64,000 nucleotides of DNA. Origin: Camelus dromedarius (Eukaryota). The number at the start of each line of letters is the position of its first letter. Within the stretch, counting starts at the first letter, position 1. The position numbers and the translations under genes were made by a program. Shown here in pieces: positions 24,683 through 36,524 of this stretch. The stretch lies in contig NC_087437.1 in assembly GCF_036321535.1 (NCBI RefSeq), positions 110,610,001-110,674,000 on the forward strand, read 5' to 3'. Under the pieces are notes generated by a model. That model did no database searches and was not told the origin of the DNA. It saw only the letters and a list, made by a program, of their open reading frames with translations.

Positions 24683-26238
24683 ACATTCCCCTACTCCAAT
24701 GATTTTCTTATTCTAAATCTGTTTCTTTCTAACAACTGGACATCTGTACAATTCAGGACATAGACAGGAAAAATGCCAACGGTGACCACTGGAACTGTTC
24801 ATCTCTAGCCTGGAGGCAGAAACGGGAGGCAGATGATTTGGTTAATTCCTTCAGAATCCTACACCTCACCCATGACCTGCCAAGAAGCCTCAGCAAGCTC
24901 CCAGACCTCTCCAAGAAGAAACTGCAATAAGTAACACAACTGGTAATGATGGAAAAAACAAACAAACAAACTTGAAATTATATCCCTCCCCCTTTCCAAA
25001 ACACCTACTCCTATCAAAAAACACCGACATGGAAAAACCCCCCAGTACTCCTCTGTATGTCATATTTAGTCATGTTTTTCTTTCACACTCATATGCTTTT
25101 TTGTTATTTTTAATGAAACAGCACCAACAGCTACAGTGGCTCTTTGAAATTTTTAGGAATATCACGAAGGTTTTCAATAAGGCTGAGTGATCTAATTAGG
25201 AAGTCCAATAAATCTTTGTATTAAGTGCTCTGATTTTAACATCACTAGGATGTTCCATTTGGGAATGCTTTGTTCACATCGTAAAGAAAAAGAGGGTTCA
25301 GTTAAAGCAGCAGTAAGCCACATCCCCCTTCCCCCACCCCCTCGCCTGGAAAAATAAGGTAAAAGGAAGGAGATTAGAAACCCTAGACTTCCTTTATGCT
25401 GTGTTCCTGCCCATGCTTCTTTGACAGGGAGGCCAGGAAAAGACACGGTAAAACAAAAGCATGGCCGTTGACCATGGATGGTGGTTGATCGTTTATAACA
25501 CCGCATGCTGTACAAGCTTTACACACAACAGTGAGCTGTACTGCCTGAATTATGCCCAGTGCGCTAACCCATAGTTTTTCTCTCTCAAAAAGCATTTTCC
25601 AGTACAACCACGTGAGGTTTCTAATTGCACCAACTGCAGCCATCAGAACTGTTTTACTGAAAAATGAATCATTCATGAACATCTCTACTTTTGCTAGTAT
25701 CAGCCACGATGTGATGGAGAAGTACCTCGTAACTGATCGAGGCACCCAGTGTTGCCACAACAGGTGAGCTGAGAACCATGTCCTGAATCCTGGCATCACA
25801 ACATACAACAATGCAGAGTCGGGGAGAGAATAAAAGACACTAGATTGTGGGTCTCAGAAACGGCTTTGTCTTGATTTTTCACTTGATTTTTCCTTGGCTT
25901 TTTATTAACTCATTGCTTTGAAAAGATATTCAGAGCAGCAGCAGCAGCAACAGCAACGTAAAAAAAAAAAAAAAAATCTTTTCCTGCCTGTATGTCTATA
26001 CCTGGGGTCGACTTGAACACCCAATCTCTCCCTCCAATGTAGCTGGGTGGCCACACAGGTCACACTTAGCCGGAAGGTTTAATTTAGTACCTGTGACATG
26101 TTGGTGGCTACGGCAGGAAGACAATGCAGATAAGTGTGATTAACTCTACTTTAATAAACTGTGTCTTGGAAAATAAATGTTAACTTATTTTGAAAAATAA
26201 GCCAGCCTCCTTCTTCCCCTCCAAACCCTGATACATAC

Positions 26239-26347
26239 CAAAAGCTGCCAATTCTGGTTCCTTTTTCCACTTTCCCAGCGAGGCTGGTGGGTTTGGCCAG
26301 ATCACGGTGGTGTGCAAAAGTAGGTCCCCCATGCTCAGATCTGCAAC
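26239..26347 (-). CDS. TIAM1: TIAM1 coding exon, C-terminal PH domain, 109 nt
   Basis: VADLSMGDLLLHTTVIWPNPPASLGKWKKEPELAAF(V); acceptor ggttttcag, donor TTG|gtatgt. Confidence 0.96.
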
Positions 26348-27369
26348 CTGAAAACCAGGGACAGGGTAAAGCTTACTGGGTGGTTGTTAGAAGCACTCAG
26401 ATTTTCGTGACGTTTGAAAATTCAACAGGCTGATGTCAATCCTACTTTATGAAAATATTGTCTCTAAACACACCTGGTCATCTTTTCTTCCTTTATCTTG
26501 TGTTTTTCTACCAGAATTTCAAGAATAAGCTGGCAAAAAGGTAACAATCGGGGTTCCAAAATTCGCACGTAGTAAATCTGTGAAAACTGATCTACCCAAT
26601 TGGAGTTTTGTGTTCAAATAGAGACAGTTTCTCAGGGGGGACAAACGGCCATCAACGGCAGAGATCTACCCCAGGGAACTGTAGCCATTTCCACCTGTGA
26701 GTTTAAATCCCTTTGGAGCCAGAGTCTTCTGGGAAGCAGTGGAATCAATTATTTCTTATTCTTCCAACTCATTTTAAAGATTTCATCTCACTTTAGAGGA
26801 GGAAAAAGAAGCCGACAGAGGAGTTTGAAGACTGCCCTCCAAGCATGCGCAGGGTGAGCTCTGGGATCCTTAGAAACCCTGAGGTCCAGTCCTGCCCCCT
26901 CAAGTCAAATGCTAGAACCCATCTTAGACGGACAAGTTCCTTTGCTCCCTGTGGAGCCGTCGTGATGCGATGATCCTGAGATTCTGCCGGTTCCCGCCTC
27001 ACAATAGTCATGTTTGCCTTTCTCACTGGAGTCCTTGATCCACTTCCAAGTTTACCAAAATGCCACCCTCCCACCTACTCAGCAGCGTAATCACAGCTGG
27101 GAAGATCATCTGGTCCCTCAATGTGCTCCCTGTGCAAACAGGTTAGAGCACAAGGCTCCACAGCAATCAGGGCCCATGGTCCTTCCTATTGGTAAACCAC
27201 AGATTGGCAGGAGGGTCTTCCCCGAATATGCCTCCCTGAAGCCCTTGCCCATCAGCCTCTTGCTTCTACTCTGCGGCCACAGAAACCAAGCCTGATTCCT
27301 TCTCCCTTAAGGCATCATTTTGGGGTGTTTGTTGGCCTTTATAAAACATTTATTATTTATTTATTTATT

Positions 27370-27908
27370 TGTTTGTTTGTTTATTTATATTGCAGTTTTT
27401 GATTTACAATGTTGTGTTAGTTTCTGGTGTACAGCACAGAGATTCCATCACCCATATACACATACTCTTTTTCATTATAGGTCACTACAAGATATTGAAT
27501 ATAGTTCCCTGCGCTATACTGTAGGACCTTGTTATTTATCTATTTTATGTGCAGTAGTTTGTATCTGCTAATCCCAAACAATTAGTTTATCACTCCTCAC
27601 CCTTTTACCCCTTTGGTAACTTTAAGTTTACTTTCTATGTCTGTGAGTCTGTTTCTCCTTTCGTAAATAAGTTGTCTCATTTTTTTCAATTCCACATATA
27701 AGCGATATGTGATATTTGTCTTTCTCTGTCTGACTTACTTCACTTAGTATGACAATCTCTAGGTACCTCCGTGTTGCTGCAAATGGCATTATTTCACTCT
27801 TTTTTATGGCTGAGTAGTATTCCATTGTATACATATACCACAACTTCTTTATCCAATCATCTGTCGATGGACATTTAGATTGCTTCCAGTCTTGGCTGTC
27901 GTGAATAG
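27370..27908 (-). mobile_element. L1 3' region, reverse orientation
   Basis: Minus-strand ORF MWYMYTMEYYSAIKKSEIMPFAATRRYLEIVILSEVSQTEKDKYH is the classic L1 ORF2 C-terminus/3'UTR junction. Confidence 0.93.
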
Positions 27909-28399
27909 GAAGGCAGCATTTTGAATAGTTGAAAACTTGACGTTGGGCTTCACAAGAACAAATGGCTCCATTTTATTTTGCTGCTTTTGATCTGGCTGGG
28001 TATCTAGATACAGCAGCAACTGAGCAGCCCTCCCCGGAACACAGTGTGGTTTGGCATTGCCCTTTTCTCAAGCCACCAAGCCAGGTTACAGTGTGGAGCC
28101 GGGGCTCCAGCAGTACAGAACACAGCGGTATTACTGCCACTATAATAACTGGGATCATGATACTAATAGTAATTACTCTAATTATTATTGAGCCATATTA
28201 TTAGTGGTACAGTCAGTGGTTAAAAACATCAAGCAACTATATTACTTTGTACACATTAGGCAACTAGTCAACCAAACTCCCAGGACAGTCTCCACTACTC
28301 ATGCTCCAAACACCCACAGAAGGGACTGCTTATACACATAAGTCAAATTCCTGGGCACCATTCTGGGCCACAGCCTTAGGGGGGAATGTCTTTAAGAGT

Positions 28400-28817
28400 G
28401 ATTAAAGGTCACTGGGGTAGATCACTGGCCAAATTCGACTCCTTCCCTCTAATGAATTATATATTTGCACCTTCTGCCATGTAATTTTCTAGTGCCTTCC
28501 ACTAGACTACGCCAAGCTCTGAAGACTCTGGGCTTGGCCATATAGGCTGGGCCTTGAACTTGGCATGGTAAGTCTCCACCAGCCCTCCTGAGCATCTGCC
28601 TTCCAACCATGGGAAGGACATGCCCAAGACAGCCACTGCTGCTTCAGTCTGGATCCTAGAAGGAAGAGACATATAACCCTCTGAGCCCTAAGCTCTGAAG
28701 CGCACCAAGACAAGCCAAAGCTCAGCTGGCCCACACACTGGGAGGGAAATAAATATTTGTTGTCACGAACACTAAGATTCTGAGTTCTTTGTTACCCGCT
28801 CAAAATGGGCTGATACA
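28400..28817 (+). mobile_element. Old MaLR LTR (MLT1 group)
   Basis: Ends aaataaatatttgttgtc..actaagattctgagttctttgttac..gctgataca; start approximate. Confidence 0.6.
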
Positions 28818-31519
28818 GTACCAATGCAAATGGTTCTCTCTCGACAAGTTTCCACTTGTAAATGTAATAAGGGGGTCAGGGCTGCTCCCTCCAGCCAGCA
28901 GCCTCTACCCTGGCCTTCCATTGGTCGCCTTCCATCAAAACCCTAAGACTAAGTTCCACTAAGGAGCCTCTGCTCCAGCAAGGACTGGGATGCCCTGCTG
29001 AGCCAGGTTTTCTGACCACTGCTTCTAAGGGGAAATGCCCTCTTCGGCTTTTCCTTCCTCCAACCTGAGCAAAAGGGATGCTCTATGTGGGTCACTCACC
29101 AGAGTTTAACTGGGGGTAGGGGATGAAGCCCCACCTCCATCATAAAACTATTTCTTTGTCTGTTTCGTTCTCTGTGAACACATCTGCCTCCAGGGACCTC
29201 CTGAGGAAAGCTGGCTGGTGACAACATCAGGTACCCTGTGTCCCGGGATGTCACCATTTCAGTCTAGGCTGACCATTCCCAGCAGATACTGACAAGTGTC
29301 CCATTCCTAGCTGTTTACAAACTGCTCACAGAGCCAGACTAGGATTTTTCTGGATATTATCATTAAAAGGTTACTTAATGATCAGGAATCACCTTTGTGA
29401 AAATCAGGAAGTAACTTGTGTATGTCTGAATGTCTGCCTCCCTAAGTTTCCACGGCTGTTCCAACACTCTGCTGTGAGTGGCACTGCAGAATTACAACTG
29501 ATCATGGCACAGAGCACACTATTTCCCCAGGACCCATTCTCCCTACAGTTTTATTTTTGTGGAATCAAGACCACTCTATCCTTTCCAGTTTGAAGACTAT
29601 TCTCCACAAAGGAGAAAAAAGAGATCAAGTAGAACCTGAGTCATTGTCCTTGAGTAAGCACTTGTCTTTGGCTATGACACCTCAGGTCCCTTTTTTTAGG
29701 GGGTGCCATCTCTTTCTTATCCTTCCTAGAGTGCTGAAGCATGATCTTCCATTGGTCCCTTTGGCATCTTCTCCAAGCCTACATTTTTGTGGTCTTTGGA
29801 TGTCCTAACACTGATATGGCCTATTCTGTAATACTGCTATGTAGTCAAATGTCCCTCCTTCCATCTTTCGTACTTTTTTTTTTTTTAACCCTAACAAGAT
29901 CCTTGCTCAGAAGAGACTGCTTTGTATAGAACTATATCTCTTTGTTCCTCGCTGGAAAGATTTCTCACTTGGTTGTCAGAATTTTACTTTAGAGGACAGG
30001 CAGTTTCACCAAAGCCATATCCCCTTTTATAGTCTCTGACTTTTGAATCACATTCAAATTTTTTTCTAAGTTATTTGCAATCTGCGATCTATATCACCTT
30101 CTAGTCCTTAGCATAATGGTCCTTTGCCCTCAAGATGATTAAAATCCAGAAATCAGTTTGGAATATAATGAAAAATGTAATGAAATACAATGAAAATGTT
30201 CATTTCCATGACCTCAAAAAATTCACCCTTTGTCAAAATGAAATAAATTAAAATACATCAAGCACAGAGGAAGCCTTATGATCAAAAACGTTTGCAGTGT
30301 TATTCACTGTAGTCAATAAATGAAAAGAATTGCCTAATAATAGGAATTAAGGAAATCATTGTTCAGCCACACAATAAAATATTACACAATGATACTTTTG
30401 AATAATTTAAAATAACATGAAAATTAAATAATTCTTTGTTCAATATAAAAGAAATCAAAGTACAAAATAGCTTCCACAATATTCAATAAAATAGAAAAAA
30501 CTATACTCAATATTCAATCCAAGCAAAGAATATATATAATTTAAAAAAAAATTAAACACCCAACCATCAAAACATAAGTTTTGCGTTTTGAGATTGTAGA
30601 TAATTTTCTTCTTGCCTTCTTCGGTACGGTGCCCTTTTCTTTAATAAACATGGTATGGTTTTCTTACTACAAAAGTTTTACAAGAAAATGAGACTAAATT
30701 CAAAGTAGCAGTGTCCATCTTTTCTACTCGAATAGATTAAATTATCTACCTGGTAGACTGAGAACATTCTCATGCCCTGCCTGAAATATCATGTAGAAAA
30801 AATTATTTGTGTTTCAGTGGAAAACTATGCACCCTCTACAGCACACCCTGGACTATCAGAGTCCAACCCTGTAATGTCCAATTTATCTCCATTCACAAAT
30901 CATCTCAACATTTCTTCACTACATACACAGACCTGTGCTATTTCGACAGTTTCCAATGAACTGTTACACCACCCGCCAGGTTCCCCCACAACAGATGAGT
31001 GAAATAAATTCCTTATATATGTTCACTTTTACATCTCTTAATAGTCCAAAAATGTGTTTTGTTTCACTGAGGACATAAGCGTGAACCTGGATAATAACAC
31101 TTTACATCTCTGAACGTAAGGCTGTTTTCTCTTGCCTAAAGAGCCAAGCCCTGCTCCCTGCCCCATCCCCACCCACTGCCTTTCCCCCTCCCTCCTTCTA
31201 ATCACAGCAAGAGAGATTTTCTTCCTAGATCCCTCCCAGCTTGTCTTCTTCTTTGAGGCAGAAAGCAAAACGAGAACAACATTCCAATCGAATCAGGAGG
31301 TGCAGAGGCATTTGATGAACATCATTACATATCATCTCCATCTGACTCATCTCAGTATTCACAGCATTTTTATTCACGCAAGCTCTTCTCAATGATTCAG
31401 GCACAACTCATAGTTCACGCTACGTTTTTCTCAAGTATATTTGTTCCTGTGACTATTCCTTCTAAGTAGATTTGCAGGCAGCAACTTAAAAAAAGGAAAG
31501 ATTCAGATTCATTTGAAAC

Positions 31520-31592
31520 TTTCATTCAATCAGTGAATATTTATTGAGCACCTGCTACATGCCAGTTATCCTAATCTCTGGGGATACAGCCT
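31520..31592 (-). mobile_element. L2 3' end remnant
   Basis: tcattcaatcagtgaatatttattgagcacctgctacatgccag..ctggggatacagc. Confidence 0.65.
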
Positions 31593-31832
31593 TGGCCTTT
31601 AATGGGTGTTTAAAGAAACAGCCCAAGTTACGGTCGTGGAAATTCACTCTCTCATTTAACACAAAACAAAACCAGAGGTCTCCAGGGTGAAGGGCTGCAG
31701 TCAGGACACATTTCCCATATTAAGAAATAGTTCAGCTGAGGAAGAAAGCTCACATCATAGCCTTGGGTAAAGATAAAAGTGCCACCAACAAAAACACTAT
31801 CGTCCTAACTACTGTACTTACAAATAACCTTC

Positions 31833-31833
<1 letters not shown>

Positions 31834-31890
<57 letters not shown>
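31834..31890. repeat. (AC)28 microsatellite
   Basis: Perfect dinucleotide run read directly. Confidence 0.98.
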
Positions 31891-31892
<2 letters not shown>

Positions 31893-31951
31893 AATCCAGC
31901 TCTATTGACAGATACGCTGGGAAGAACGGGGAGAGGGTGGGGGGTCCTTAC

Positions 31952-32070
31952 CTCTTTTTTCTCACCCGTCTGTTCAGCAATCAGCTGGTCAAACACAGCC
32001 CCGAACTCCTCATGGATCTTCTGCATTTCATTGATGTGACTTGCAACCTTATTCATTGTCTTGATGGCCA
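31952..32070 (-). CDS. TIAM1: TIAM1 coding exon, DH end / DH-PH linker, 119 nt
   Basis: (V)[39 protein letters not shown]; acceptor ttccctctag, donor GAG|gtaagg. Confidence 0.97.
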
Positions 32071-32162
32071 CTAGAGGGAAACAGGTCACGGAACAGACGA
32101 AAAGGTGACGCGGAGACTAGGGGGGCAAGGAGCGCGAGGGGCAGGCGCGGCCGGCGGCTCAC

Positions 32163-32342
32163 CATCCAGGTGGTAGTGCTCCTCGCTCTCCGCGTCCGTC
32201 AGGGCAAAAAGCTCCTTCAGCAGCAGTGGGTACTTGAGGATCCTCTGGATGGGCTTGATGAGGTAAGACTCCAGAGTGGACGAGTGCTGCTGCTTCGGGT
32301 TCTGGGCATCTAAGAACGCCTTGAAAGCCGTGTCCGTCTTGG
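32163..32342 (-). CDS. TIAM1: TIAM1 coding exon, DH domain, 180 nt
   Basis: (A)[59 protein letters not shown](V); contains the Dbl-family [15 protein letters not shown] motif; acceptor ctcttccag, donor ATG|gtgagc. Confidence 0.98.
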
Positions 32343-32615
32343 CTGGAAGAGTTTGAACACAGGGTGTCGGGGCGGAACGGCCCAGGGACTCCCTTCTTAG
32401 CACCTCACTCACTCATTCCAAGGTGCCTTTTCGCAGGGCTGAGGGTACAGTGAGTGGTCAGAGGAGGGAAGGAGGGCTCAGAGGGACACCTGGAAGGGCC
32501 TGTCGGTTACATTTACTTATTTATTTATTGGGGGGGGGTTCCCGATGAGGTAAGGGGTAACAGGGTCTGTAAATCCTACACACAGAGATTTTCAGGGGCT
32601 TCTGTTTATTGTCCT

Positions 32616-33770
32616 TGTGTTAAGAACGTCTTCTTGTTCTGGTATGTTGACGTCTGGGGCTTTCCCGATCCTGGAGATATAACTGTGCAGGACCCTGTGG
32701 GGCAGATTCACCCCTCAACCACCCCACCCCATGTCCTCCGCCTGCCTCTTCACTGTGGAAAAACCTTAGTCTCCTAGGCTTTCCCAAGTTCCAAAGAGTA
32801 TCTTTAATCAGAAAAGTGAGAAAATGCAGAAAGAAGGGAAAACAGTCAAGCAAGACAAAATAATAGTTGATCCATTAAACAGAGTCTGGGACCTTTTGTT
32901 CTTCCTCAGTATTCTGAGCTGGACCCTTTGCGCTGTTCTGCAGTACTGCAACCCCCGCCAGGTGGCAGAAGTTAACTGTATGCTGCCCACAAGCACACAG
33001 ACCCCAGACTGCTTGGAACCAGAAGGTTGATGATATTGACTGCAGGTTACCTCCCACCAACCAATCAGAAGAAAGTCTGTGAGCAGACTGCACATCCCTC
33101 AACCCGCCTCCCTCACCCTGTCCTTGAAAACCTTCCCCAGAAAGCCCTTTGAGCACCAACTGCCCTGACTCCTTGCTCGGTGTCCTGCATTAAACACTGC
33201 ACTTTCTTTCACCACAATCTGGCGTTAGTAGACAGGCTTCCCTGCACACAGGCAAGTGGACCCAAGTTTGGTTCAGTAACAGGGAGACTGCCCATCCCAG
33301 AGCTGGCCAATTCCTAGAGACGGTACAGGACTCACCTAGGAACACACCTTTCACATGCAAACCAATCAATCCAGAGCCACCTGCCCCCATCTCTCTTCCA
33401 TTAGACACTTATACTCTGGTCCAATATTCCCCCTGCCCTAATCACCCCAGGGCCAGGTACCAGACAACTCAGGACAGCCCCTTTACCCCAGAGCCTGCTG
33501 AGATTCTTCAGACGGGCCAATTCTAGGCCTGTTCACCCTGCCTCACCTCTTCCTTCCTGCAGAAACCACAGAAAAGGCTCTTGCCCACCTTTTCTGCTCA
33601 TGCCCTCTGCCCCCTGGTCGACCCTGGTGCTTCCCCATGTGGCCCTGAAGGGCATGGCATGCCCCCTCCTCTTGAATCGTGAGTAACAAGCTATCTTTTT
33701 GATGGCAATCATCTCCCAGTCTGTTGGCCTCACCATATCTGAACAACAAGAAAGCCTACGTTTTAAAACA
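32616..33770 (+). mobile_element. MER74A-like ERVL solo LTR, interrupted by a second LTR
   Basis: Two parts (32616-32677 and 33282-33770) join into the recalled MER74 pattern (gacgtctgggg..cctggag / gactgcccatcccagagctggccaattcctagaga..ggccaggtaccagacaact..ttttaaaaca); near-TSD gtcct / ctcct. Confidence 0.8.
32678..33281 (+). mobile_element. ERV (probably ERV1-class) solo LTR, ~600 bp
   Basis: Imperfect inverted termini tataactg...cagtaaca, CCAAT at 33061, ATTAAA at 33189, near 4-bp TSD gaga/ggga. Confidence 0.75.
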
Positions 33771-35939
33771 CTCCTCACACTGGTTTTTCTAAACTTTCAA
33801 GCTTTTCCTTGCTGGGAGAGCCTCTTTGGAGAGAAGGCAGGGAAGCAGAAGCAGCAGCACCCTGCAGCTCTGGTAACTGGAGCAAGGCCGCATCTCCCGC
33901 AGGGAACGCCTTTTAGGTTCTGTTCTGTGTCAGTTCAGTGCTGCAGCTATTATGATTTATCTCAGAAGGAAACATATATTGGGCCTAAGTTAACTCAGGA
34001 GGCACTTTCCTCACCAGCCGGGCTGTTACCTGCGTCCCAGCTGGGCTGAGGAGCCGCCCTGGGAAGTTGTGCGTCTCCAGACAAGCAGAAAGGCACCTGC
34101 CAGTGGAAAATTAGGAAGACACGGCTTATGTCTTTTAGGTGCAAAGAAATGGCGAAGAGAGAGACTGGAGTGAGGGCAAAAAAAATGGGAAGTGGAAAGG
34201 ACAGTATATCAAAGTGACTTAACGGTAGGCAAACTTTTTTTTTAAAGCTTCTAACAAAAATGTATTTCCATCTCCAGTGATTAGGAACGTGAGCTAAGAG
34301 GTGAGGGTGTTGTAAAAGGGTGTCATGAAATTGTAAAATCATTCCTCCATCTTTGTCGGGTTAGGGAAACCAGCAACCATGGGGGGAAGGCCTCGTCAAG
34401 ACCACTGTCTTTTCATCCCTTTTAAGCCCCATTAAGAGGACTCACACTCCACGGGTCCGGCCACCACATCCATAAAGAGAAAGAGGACTGGGGATGAGGT
34501 CGCTGAGGAGGGGCCCACGTGCCTGGGCGGTGCATCCAGGCCCAGAGCTGATGCGTGAGGAAACTATGGCTTCTGTGGACATCCCAAGTCTTGGTCCACG
34601 TCCACAGGGGGTCTAGGGATTCCCCCTAAAATCCTCAAGTCCAGAAACATGGCTATGAGCGTACCACCCATCATCTACATTTCACATCGGGGCAGAAGAG
34701 GGCATGGGTCTCAGTTCTCTGTGAGCTGAAGTGTCACCCCCAGGCAATCTCGCTGTGGTCTTTTAGGAATCACAGACGTGCTTTTTGTTCTCAGAGTTCT
34801 CTTCATCCGCTTGGCATGTTTGTCCATTAGAAAAATGTGGGTCATATGTAATGTTTTAAGGGATGGTTTTGAATGATATGATAATATTTTTCAGGTGCAA
34901 AAAAGAATGTTTTCGAAATTAAGAAAAATCTACAGGGGCAGAGTTTAATCTAATGGAGTGATTAAAAATAACACAAATTGCTCTAAGGACTGTGATGAGT
35001 ACATAATTTTACCACAGAGCAAAATGCTCTAAAATTGTTATGTTAACACTCTCATAATGTGAGAAGACACACAGAGAGCCGAGACCCATAAGACCAACAC
35101 AACGTGTGTAAAACCACAGATGGGGCCATGCAGCAGGGCAAGGAAATTCCCAGGTTCCCTTTAAATTTCTGTGCTAAACTAGGACTCTTTTGCATAGACT
35201 ATCATTATCATTAAGTATGGCATTATCTGGGGCAGGATCTTCTGTAATCCAGAGACCTGTGTTCTACTAATACTTCTTATAACAGGTTTTGAATTAAGGC
35301 AAGCTCATTCTCTTTGGCAGCAGACATAAATATAAGTAAATGACTTATATATTTAGCAGCTATTTACATGGCAGCCACAGTAAAGTGTCAAGGAAGAGCA
35401 GGCTGATTTCCAGAGATTCACTGAAATGGAACTTCCTATTGGTCCTACAGTTTACCAAGTAAATGTCTTTCTAATCCTTTAACTTGTCCTCAACAGCCAC
35501 ATGCAGAACCATGGAAGGAAGACAACTTTCTGGAGACTCAGAACACTCTGTCATCCCCTCCAGAACACTTGGGAAAAGGAGCTGGTCAGTACAAAAATTC
35601 TACTCTGTTCGGCACAAGATATAATTGCAACTTGAGTGATTTTTGTGAATAATTGAAACAGTTTTAGCAGTGATGGTGGTGACTATGATCACACACCTGG
35701 GAACAAAAATGGGTGAGGGAAAGATGAAAGTCCACAAAAAGGTGTGTGAAGTGTGGTAGATTATGATGAAATTAATAAAAAATAGAAATAAAGCAGGGAA
35801 TTGCTAAACCCCCTATGTTTTTGCATAATTGCAAAATGACTCATCAATTGTGGCCCCAAGGATTGGAGTGGAAACTTTCATTATAAGAAAATTGACAAAA
35901 CTGGTAATTCAAGATGTTAATGCTCTTCATTTCTCAGTA

Positions 35940-36270
35940 CTGTTGGCCCTCCGTATCCGCAGGTTCCATATCCACAGGTTCTGTACTGTGGATTCAACCA
36001 ACCATGGATAGAAAATATCCGGGGAAAAAATTCCAGAAAATTCCAAAAAGCAAAACTTGAATCTTCTGCACACTAACAAAGCATTTACATGACACTTATA
36101 TTGTATTAGGTATTATAAGTAATCTAGAGTTGATTTAGAGTGTACAGGAGGATGTACGTAGGTTATATGCAAACACTATGCATGTTATATAAGGGACTTG
36201 AGCATCTTCGAATTTTGGTACCCATGGAAGGTCCGGGAACCAATCTCCCGTGGATACCAAAGGACAACTG
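35940..36270 (-). mobile_element. MER2-like Tigger (TcMar) non-autonomous element
   Basis: Terminal inverted repeats ctgttggccctccgtatcc / ggataccaaaggacaactg with TA on both sides (35938-35939, 36271-36272). Confidence 0.85.
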
Positions 36271-36415
36271 TACCCTTATTTGTTGCTTGCTGGAACATCT
36301 ATCGGGCACAACAATGACTCAGATTTCTGACCAAAAGCCCCCCAAAACAGTCCACCACACAAAGGTGAACTGACAATTCACATGCCCACTGCTGCCCAGT
36401 CCTCCCAGGCCTCAC

Positions 36416-36524
36416 CTTTCACCAGGACCTTGGGGACCTTCGTGTGGCTGGCGCAGAAGGCACTGTAGAGCTTGAAGCGGTCAGCATAATACAGAAAGGA
36501 TCCCCCCAGAGAGAACAGCACTTT
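36416..36524 (-). CDS. TIAM1: TIAM1 coding exon, DH domain, 109 nt
   Basis: KVLFSLGGSFLYYADRFKLYSAFCASHTKVPKVLVK(A); acceptor aaatccag, donor AAG|gtgagg. Confidence 0.97.

Noticed and set aside
27628..27843. ORF MWYMYTMEYYSAIKK as a gene
   Set aside because: Decayed L1 ORF2 C-terminus; the same applies to ORFs at 40148-40354 and 63554-63736.
35327..35356. AT-rich inverted repeat atataagt/acttatat
   Set aside because: Short, low-complexity and far from splice sites; expected by chance.
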